Counted from the first letter of the stretch, positions 1 to 4,449 are shown. The stretch: DNA of 4,710 nt from a virus (IMGVR_UViG_2917393062_000001:1-4710), one strand, 5' to 3'. The notes: generated by a model not told the origin, from the sequence alone. Made by a program: numbers and translations.

Positions 1-69
1 TATCTCGTGATCTCTTGAATCTCTGCTGGCGATAGCGTTAATTCGTACATGTGGTCACGTGCCTTACAG

Positions 70-108
70 CATGACCGCCGTCAATATAATCCGGAGATGG
101 CGGTCATG
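70..108. repeat. Hairpin-forming inverted repeat (catgaccgcc 70-79 / ggcggtcatg 99-108, 19-nt loop) overlapping the stop codon of the exonuclease gene
   Basis: 10-bp perfect arms; the distal arm contains the TGA stop (104-106). No U-tract follows on the minus strand, so it is not a canonical terminator. Confidence 0.6.
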
Positions 109-2590
109 GTTGAACATTAAAATCAGCCTGATTTGGGATCAGTTTTTGCCAGATTGCTGAAACTTGTTTTGCCTGGTGGCGTGCATCATCGAGTGCATTG
201 TGAGGTACACCTTCGAATGGAATAGCCGTCCTGACATCGAAGTCCAGGGCTTTTCCCAGCTCAACGATTGTGCGCACATCGCGATCGTTGTAGTAACGCC
301 ACGGGCAGGGGATCCCCTGCCGTTCATATGAACGGCGTAAAATCACATTGTCGAAGTTGGCTCCATTTCCCCAGATTTGGACAAAACTTTCGCCGGAGTT
401 TTCGTTGATAAATTCCCGTAATTGCAGTAGAGCGTCATCTAACGGGATTTCATCGGTAAAAATGGCAGATTGCGCTTCGCGTGATTGCTTCGCCCACCAC
501 TTTATTGCTTTCCGGTCGATGATTCCGCCAGATGTTTCCAGATCGATAGCTTTGCTGAACTCCGGTCCCATCTCTCCGGTTTCGGGATCAAAAAATTTAC
601 CGCCAATAGAGTTGATTGGCGCATCAGGATTTGTTCCCATCGTTTCAAGGTCGACCGACAGGTGACTCCATACTCTGCTGGTGGATGTGGTTTTATGATG
701 ACCGTTCACCTTAACTAAGGGATCTGTCGCCACGCCAGTTTCACTACCGCTGGAGTGGTGATGATCACCGACAGCATTCTCCTTGTGAGGATGTTCAGCA
801 CCTTCCATTTCTTCAGGATTATTTTCCTGAGCTTCAACCTGATTTTCTCCATTGAATGTTTTCTGATATGTCGCGTCGCCCATCACCGCGCCACAGTCAG
901 GGCTGTTGCCGCCGCCGGTCTGATCGCAGGCGGTGCAGATCTTTTCCGGTTCCTGTTGCGCTACTGGTTCAGGTTGTTTCGTTTCTGGCTCGTTTTGTTG
1001 CGTATTTGGGCTGTTTTGTTCCGCTTTCTGGTCGTTCTGTTCCGTTTCTTGCTGGTTCTGGTTCACAGAATCGCGGGTCTGGATCCCCTTAACCCATTTC
1101 GGATCATTCGGGTCGCTAATCCCTGCAACAAATTCACCACGTGATGCAGCGAGCAACTGATTGGCGTCAGGCTGGCTGATATTGGCTGCCTGCATAATTT
1201 TGTTTACTTCGTCAGCGGTAACTTTTACCGGCTCTGGTTGTGCGGTCGTGTCAGATGCACCAGTATTTTGTTGTGAACCTGAGTATGTGCCGTTTTTGCG
1301 GGCAAAATATTCTTCTTTCGTGATTTCAGTAGCCCCCGCAGCCAGCGCCCTGTCCAGGCCAGAAAGTTTGTTTGCGCGACCGTATTTTTCGCCATCCTTA
1401 TCGGTGAAGAGGAAATAGAACGGCCCCTCACGCTCTACAGATGGTTCGACTTCCACTTTGCATTCGGTTTTTTCGTTGTCCGGAATTGCCGTTTCCACTG
1501 CATCAGCTTCTGGTACTGGCGACGGGAGAGTATTAGTTGTGCTCTGATTTGTTCCTTCATCTTCAAATACGCCCTTTGTAGTCAGGTATTCAGTAATGTA
1601 TTTGCTCAGCGCCACGGGATCCTTGTGAATGTCGATCGGACGTTCACGAACAAGACCAAAAATCGTCTGACGAGTGTAGCGAATGGCATCAGGCTGTTTG
1701 CGCATTGATGCGGAGATGCGCTTCCAGTCTTCGCGATCTTTGGCGATAACTTCATTTTTTGCCCAGCGGTGGATGTTGCCGTCAATGTTTCCGGCATCCA
1801 CGTCTCCAGGCCAGAGAGCGTAGGCCAGTTCGTCGTCCAGCGTTTTCCATGTCTGCTTGTATTCGCGACGAATGGTAGCAGTGACAGGGGGGATTTTTCC
1901 CGCCGGGTTTTCAGTGTGCTGTCGGTTGACTTTGGCGCGGGCAAGATCAACAACAGAAGTATATGCACCACCTTCTTTGCGCTCCTTTTCCAGGCGTTTT
2001 TTACGGTCGAGAAAATATGCCTGAACGTCGGGCCATTTGGCGGTTGGTTTTAAATCACGTCTGGCATCGTTGATGTATTCAATCTGACGTTCCGGATACA
2101 TGGCGTTAATTTCTTTAGTCCGGATAATTGCCTCTGCGAGGTGTCCGTCAAAGGTCATCATGTCGTCATCGCCAAGAAGCCCGCTTGCGTTGATGACCAT
2201 ATCCACGGTGACGTTTTCATGTGCGCCAAACTTAACGAGAACAGCGGCCTGTTTGTCGTCGGATAACTGATCAAAGTTAACAATTTCTGTATTCGGCTCT
2301 GGTTCGACCGGGACAAAGGAAGACGATCCCTCATCCCAGCGGTTTTCCTGCATATATTCGGTATCCCAGGAATCAATGGCAGGGCGGGGCATGCCAGGTT
2401 TATCCTCACAGACAAGAAATTTATAAGCGCAGTCCTGAGCTGCCGGATATTGCTCCAGGAATTGCCATGCAAATTTTGCACGGGCGCGGCGCTCGTCGCC
2501 GGCTTCAATGGCAGTGGCTACAGCAACTGCACCTTCTTCCTTTATTGCCTGTTCGTCCGGAATGGCGGCGCAAATAAAGACTTTACTCAT
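104..2590 (-). CDS. Large prophage exonuclease (828 aa), RecE-related mosaic: uncharacterised N-terminal region, Q/N/E/P-rich linker with a Cys cluster, C-terminal DnaQ-like (DEDDh) 3'-5' exonuclease domain
   Basis: Uninterrupted 2487-nt ORF. ATG at 2590-2588 is preceded by GAGG 10 nt upstream (minus strand ...aatGAGGttaaaacaaaATG). C-terminal motifs read directly from the translation: Exo I VDLET (D647/E649, nt 644-652) followed by INSIGG; Exo II GNGANFD (D747, nt 350-352); Exo III HNALDDA (H797/D802, nt 185-202). The central segment (LLAASRGEFVAGISDPNDPKWVKGIQTRDSVNQ...CTACDQTGGGNSPDCGAVMGDATYQ...) closely resembles, from memory, the linker of Rac RecE (exonuclease VIII). Internal ORFs on either strand look like low-complexity junk. 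Confidence 0.85.
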   Translation of the reverse strand: MSKVFICAAIPDEQAIKEEGAVAVATAIEAGDERRARAKFAWQFLEQYPAAQDCAYKFLVCEDKPGMPRPAIDSWDTEYMQENRWDEGSSSFVPVEPEPNTEIVNFDQLSDDKQAAVLVKFGAHENVTVDMVINASGLLGDDDMMTFDGHLAEAIIRTKEINAMYPERQIEYINDARRDLKPTAKWPDVQAYFLDRKKRLEKERKEGGAYTSVVDLARAKVNRQHTENPAGKIPPVTATIRREYKQTWKTLDDELAYALWPGDVDAGNIDGNIHRWAKNEVIAKDREDWKRISASMRKQPDAIRYTRQTIFGLVRERPIDIHKDPVALSKYITEYLTTKGVFEDEGTNQSTTNTLPSPVPEADAVETAIPDNEKTECKVEVEPSVEREGPFYFLFTDKDGEKYGRANKLSGLDRALAAGATEITKEEYFARKNGTYSGSQQNTGASDTTAQPEPVKVTADEVNKIMQAANISQPDANQLLAASRGEFVAGISDPNDPKWVKGIQTRDSVNQNQQETEQNDQKAEQNSPNTQQNEPETKQPEPVAQQEPEKICTACDQTGGGNSPDCGAVMGDATYQKTFNGENQVEAQENNPEEMEGAEHPHKENAVGDHHHSSGSETGVATDPLVKVNGHHKTTSTSRVWSHLSVDLETMGTNPDAPINSIGGKFFDPETGEMGPEFSKAIDLETSGGIIDRKAIKWWAKQSREAQSAIFTDEIPLDDALLQLREFINENSGESFVQIWGNGANFDNVILRRSYERQGIPCPWRYYNDRDVRTIVELGKALDFDVRTAIPFEGVPHNALDDARHQAKQVSAIWQKLIPNQADFNVQP

Positions 2591-2683
2591 TTTGTTTTAA
2601 CCTCATTACAGATTTAAGGGTGAACAAATCCCTGCCATTGCTGGCATATAAAAATGAAACCGGATATTTATTACGGTGCTGGT

Positions 2684-2875
2684 TTAAAGCCCTGCCGGGA
2701 CTTCGTTATTATCCATGCGAATAACTTTATCAACCGGATAACAGTTGCCGGGAATTTTCTGTTCCGCTGCGGCAGCCATGCACTCTTTCATTGAACCATA
2801 TATACCCGTAACCACATCAACCGGTTCGCCCGTATTAAGAAAAACGGTCAGAGTGAGAGCAATAGCAGTATTCAT
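2684..2875 (-). CDS. Small hypothetical protein (63 aa) with a hydrophobic, signal-peptide-like N-terminus (MNTAIALTLTVFLNTG...) and two Cys
   Basis: ORF in the same frame as track ORF 2684..2929, but I prefer the internal ATG at 2875-2873 because it has AGGA 8 nt upstream and overlaps the upstream stop as ATGA (translational coupling). The longer 81-aa version has no comparable ribosome-binding site. Confidence 0.5.
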   Translation of the reverse strand: MNTAIALTLTVFLNTGEPVDVVTGIYGSMKECMAAAAEQKIPGNCYPVDKVIRMDNNEVPAGL

Positions 2876-3060
2876 TGCCAGTATCCTTTTTGCATCAGGC
2901 GTGAACGGGCCAGCATTGAAGCAATGCATACCTTATTTAATAAATTCGGTTCGCGCTTTATCTGGTTAATGGCATCTTCAATAAACTGTTTTTTGCCAGT
3001 AATAACGCCAATTTCAAAACGAGTTTCAGGCGTAGTGGAATTGAGTAATAACGTTTCCAT
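2872..3060 (-). CDS. Small hypothetical prophage early protein (62 aa)
   Basis: ORF with ATG at 3060-3058 preceded by GAGGA (plus-strand tcctc 3068-3072) 7 nt upstream. Stop TGA overlaps the next ATG (ATGA at 2875-2872). Same orientation as and immediately upstream of the exonuclease gene, as for the small kil/racC-class genes of Rac-like prophages. No family recognised. Confidence 0.5.
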   Translation of the reverse strand: METLLLNSTTPETRFEIGVITGKKQFIEDAINQIKREPNLLNKVCIASMLARSRLMQKGYWQ

Positions 3061-3077
3061 TATCGCGTCCTCAGGAA

Positions 3078-3222
3078 TGAATTTTGTGATGCGGTGCCTG
3101 GTGCCTCCAGGTGACGTTAACCAGTTAACAATTAACGCCGGATGTATAAGGAGTTTCGTTACGCCAGTAAAAGGTCACTTTACTGTTTTAACTGAGCCGC
3201 ATTCACCGCATCACAAAATTCA
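3078..3222. repeat. Perfect 19-bp inverted repeat, arms tgaattttgtgatgcggtg (3078-3096) and caccgcatcacaaaattca (3204-3222), separated by 107 bp
   Basis: Exact reverse complements, checked base by base. The proximal arm ends 18 nt upstream of the ATG of the 62-aa gene (3060). Confidence 0.8.
3116..3136. repeat. Cluster of three TTAAC motifs (two full GTTAAC palindromes at 3116-3121 and 3125-3130, plus ATTAAC at 3131-3136)
   Basis: acgTTAACcagTTAACaaTTAACgcc read directly; lies inside the spacer of the 19-bp inverted repeat. Confidence 0.6.
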
Positions 3223-3223
3223 C

Positions 3224-3269
3224 TTTAAAAAGGGCGGGTATCACAGGGAAAACAAAACGGATACCCGCC
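3224..3269 (-). terminator. Terminator-like hairpin in the leader of the leftward small-gene/exonuclease operon: 10-bp GC-rich stem (ggcgggtatc 3233-3242 / gatacccgcc 3260-3269), 17-nt loop, then TTTTT on the minus strand
   Basis: Perfect 10-bp inverted repeat. On the minus strand the stem is followed by cTTTTTaaag (plus aaaaa 3227-3231). The orientation is such that it would stop or attenuate leftward transcription entering the operon. Confidence 0.4.
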
Positions 3270-3422
3270 AAAAGGTAATCAACATGGGTTGTTGTAGCTG
3301 ATTGCCACAACCGGAAGCGCACGGACTAAGATGCCGGCGGCACGCAACAGAGGGAGAAGTGACTTCGCCGTGCGCTTTCGTGTTGTGTGCCTGCTTTTAA
3401 CCACGTCAGGCGAGGTGGTTCC

Positions 3423-3462
3423 TGTTATTCCCCAACAACAAGAAATTTGTATAATCCGGATA
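3423..3462 (+). promoter_or_regulatory. Candidate sigma70 promoter for the plus-strand zinc-ribbon gene: perfect -10 TATAAT at 3450-3455 with TG immediately upstream; weak -35 (TTATTC/TGTTAT around 3423-3430)
   Basis: TATAAT read directly at 3450-3455 (tttgTATAATccgg), 35-60 nt upstream of the candidate start codons. The -35 is poor, so activity may depend on the adjacent TG or on a factor binding the flanking direct repeats. Confidence 0.4.
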
Positions 3463-3478
3463 TCCCCAACAACGAGAA
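3429..3478 (+). repeat. 16-bp direct repeat tccccaacaac(a/g)agaa at 3429-3444 and 3463-3478 (15/16 identical, 34-bp period) flanking the TATAAT -10 element
   Basis: Read directly; the two copies bracket the -10 hexamer at 3450-3455. Confidence 0.7.
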
Positions 3479-3513
3479 GAGTATGTAACGTGATAGTTGA
3501 GTTCTCAGCAGCA

Positions 3514-3945
3514 ATGTCGGCAATCAAAGAAACTGCGGTAATGGCAAAGGGTATTCTGAATGCCAAAAATCAAACTGAGATAAATTCCGCTGTCAGCGAT
3601 ATGCTTTCAAAACTTACGTCTGTTCAGTTTGAATGCGTATCGCTCATTGAGATGGTGCGCTCTTATCAGGAAGAAGCCGCATCTCTCAAAGCAAAAATTG
3701 CAGAGATAGAAGACTTTCAGCAACAGGCGGAAGGTTACAAACTTAACAAGCTTGATTCTGGAACTCTTGTGTATTCCAAGAAGCAATTTATAGGCGATAC
3801 TGAGATAACAGTGCATCTTTGCCCACAATGTTTTGGAAAAAAGGTAATATCTGTACTGCAACCAATGGAAATAATGCGCCTTGATGCTCATTTTCGTACT
3901 TTTTGCCCCGCTTGCAATAATAAGTTCTGGATGAACTCAAGATAA
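3514..3945 (+). CDS. Coiled-coil / zinc-ribbon protein (143 aa from ATG 3514; 151 aa if in-frame GTG 3490 is used); candidate accessory (exclusion/defence or regulatory) moron
   Basis: Only convincing plus-strand ORF. Translation is protein-like, whereas the antisense ORFs (3279..3566, 3607..3891) are W/Y/F/C-rich junk. The N-terminal ~75 aa are heptad-like and charged (SLIEMVRSYQEEAASLKAKIAEIEDFQQQAEGYKL). The C-terminus carries HLCPQC...(25 aa)...FCPACNN, i.e. CxxC-x25-CxxC. GC is about 40% by hand count of a 60-nt sample, versus about 53% in a sample of the exonuclease gene. A perfect TATAAT lies at 3450-3455. Start codon uncertain: no strong SD before ATG 3514 or ATG 3541; GTG 3490 has a weak GAGAAGAG 8 nt upstream. 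The 204-aa track ORF from 3331 runs through the promoter and repeats and is rejected. Confidence 0.65.
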   Translation: MSAIKETAVMAKGILNAKNQTEINSAVSDMLSKLTSVQFECVSLIEMVRSYQEEAASLKAKIAEIEDFQQQAEGYKLNKLDSGTLVYSKKQFIGDTEITVHLCPQCFGKKVISVLQPMEIMRLDAHFRTFCPACNNKFWMNSR

Positions 3946-3990
3946 TTAACCGCTTAATAAGTTGGGACTATCCAGATTTTTAAAGAACAT

Positions 3991-4014
3991 GCCGGATGCT
4001 TATCCGTGTCCGGC
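3991..4014 (-). terminator. GC-rich hairpin (gccgga-N12-tccggc) between the convergent 40-aa gene and the zinc-ribbon gene; possible terminator for leftward transcription; REP-like motifs
   Basis: Stem gccgga (3991-3996) / tccggc (4009-4014) with a 12-nt loop. On the minus strand it is followed by aTGTTCTTTaaaaa (moderately U-rich); on the plus strand no T-run follows. Contains GCCGGATGC and TTATCCG, which echo the E. coli REP consensus, but it is shorter than a canonical REP. Confidence 0.3.
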
Positions 4015-4063
4015 GCCCGCACTTCATCTGTGGAGAAGTGCTTGAGCTCATTGGTCAGTAGTT

Positions 4064-4186
4064 TTAATCACTCGCGAAACTGGAAAGCGCCTGTTTAAAC
4101 TCACTGAAGCTGAGAGCTTCTTCGCCTTCGGCAAGGCCTTCGAAGTATTCTTCGTAAGCCTTTTCCATGATTGCGTCGAAATCCAT
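4064..4186 (-). CDS. Tiny acidic hypothetical protein (40 aa: MDFDAIMEKAYEEYFEGLAEGEEALSFSEFKQALSSFASD); alternative in-frame starts GTG 4195 or ATG 4228
   Basis: Hand translation of the minus strand (not in the supplied track, too short). ATG at 4186-4184 has AGGTGA 5 nt upstream and lies 1 nt after the stop of the 51-aa gene (TGAtATG). Followed by a GC hairpin at 3991-4014. Position and size match the second tiny gene downstream of the repressor in Rac/Qin-type prophages (ydaG/ydfB class), but the sequence itself is not recognised. Confidence 0.4.
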   Translation of the reverse strand: MDFDAIMEKAYEEYFEGLAEGEEALSFSEFKQALSSFASD

Positions 4187-4187
4187 A

Positions 4188-4343
4188 TCACTCACCTGAG
4201 TTTCTTTCCAGCCAGCGACGGGCACCATTTTCGGTTTTAAACGTTTTGCTTTTGGTATACGTCATCGCGGTGAACGTACCGTCCTGGTTAGGAAACACGC
4301 CGTATGCCAGAGATTCGTTGTTGCCAAGATCGATAGTATCCAT
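4188..4343 (-). CDS. Tiny prophage immunity-region protein, 51 aa (MDTIDLGNNESLAYGVFPNQDGTFTAMTYTKSKTFKTENGARRWLERNSGE), YdfA/YdaF-like
   Basis: Same frame as track ORF 4188..4436, but the start is placed at ATG 4343-4341, which has GAGG 6 nt upstream (aaatGAGGtcaacATG). The track's ATG at 4436 lies inside the predicted promoter spacer. Size (51 aa) and position directly downstream of a DicA-like repressor match the ydfA (Qin) / ydaF (Rac) class as I remember it; not verified by search. Confidence 0.55.
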   Translation of the reverse strand: MDTIDLGNNESLAYGVFPNQDGTFTAMTYTKSKTFKTENGARRWLERNSGE

Positions 4344-4420
4344 GTTGACCTCATTTCCCCTTAACGCCAGGGTGGCGGAACTGTTTGCTGAGAACACCGT
4401 GCGGTGTCTTGATGGAAGAT

Positions 4421-4449
4421 AATTTAGTTTTCTCATGGTAATAGGTCAA
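4421..4449 (-). promoter_or_regulatory. Candidate sigma70 promoter for the 51-aa/40-aa gene pair: -35 TTGACC (plus ggtcaa 4444-4449), 17-nt spacer, -10 TAAATT (plus aattta 4421-4426)
   Basis: Read on the minus strand: cacTTGACCtattaccatgagaaaacTAAATTatc. The -35 matches consensus 5/6 and the -10 4/6 with ideal spacing. The predicted start is about 70 nt upstream of ATG 4343. Confidence 0.4.

Noticed and set aside
1-50. Possible 5' end of a further minus-strand gene (ATG at 50-48, MYELTLSPAEIQEITR..., open to the window edge)
   Set aside because: Only 16 codons are visible and the SD is weak (AGG 13 nt upstream). Not enough to call as a feature; it does not resemble the RecT N-terminus as I remember it.
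139-2508. Track ORFs inside the exonuclease gene: plus strand 348..665, 485..718, 755..1144, 856..1092, 933..1160, 1161..1418, 1769..2053; minus strand (other frames) 139..327, 1225..1431, 1606..1971, 2158..2508
   Set aside because: All are embedded in the 828-aa ORF, whose motif content supports it as the real gene. Their translations are low-complexity or Cys/Arg/Trp-rich, typical of off-frame and antisense artefacts; several arise from the repetitive linker region.
3143-3153. tataaggag on the plus strand, as a -10 or SD for a plus-strand gene
   Set aside because: No start codon within 5-12 nt downstream and no plausible ORF follows.
3061-3222. Search for a canonical sigma70 promoter driving the leftward small-gene/exonuclease operon
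   Set aside because: No -35/-10 pair with acceptable match and 16-18-bp spacing was found on the minus strand; reported as an open question rather than a feature.
3231-3285. 14-codon minus-strand mini-ORF (MLITFWRVSVLFSL) overlapping the terminator-like hairpin, as a possible leader peptide
   Set aside because: No Shine-Dalgarno sequence and no regulatory codon bias; most likely coincidental.
2745-3301. Plus-strand ORFs 2745..2969 and 2924..3301
   Set aside because: Antisense to the two small minus-strand genes and running through the repeat-rich intergenic region. The ATG at 3077 has AGGA directly abutting it with no spacer, and the translation is not protein-like.
3279-3891. Minus-strand ORFs 3279..3566 and 3607..3891
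   Set aside because: Antisense to the promoter and body of the zinc-ribbon gene. The products are W/Y/F/C/L-rich junk typical of the reverse strand of an AT-rich gene.
3331-3945. 204-aa version of the plus-strand ORF starting at ATG 3331
   Set aside because: The first ~60 codons run through the inverted repeat, the T-rich tract, the direct repeats and the TATAAT element, and translate to an Arg/Cys-rich, non-protein-like sequence. The real start is most likely at 3490, 3514 or 3541.
4064-4343. Possible frameshifted pseudogene (two reading frames both look protein-like and overlap around 4188-4264)
   Set aside because: Each frame has its own start codon with a good SD, and the stop of the first sits 1 nt before the start of the second. 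Two tightly packed tiny genes is the simpler explanation; this cannot be excluded without homologues.
4171-4422. Plus-strand ORF 4171..4422 (83 aa)
   Set aside because: Antisense to the two tiny minus-strand genes; no SD; non-protein-like composition.
4188-4436. 82-aa version of the minus-strand ORF starting at ATG 4436
   Set aside because: That ATG lies inside the predicted promoter spacer/operator and has no SD, whereas the internal ATG at 4343 has GAGG 6 nt upstream and gives the 51-aa size typical of this gene class.
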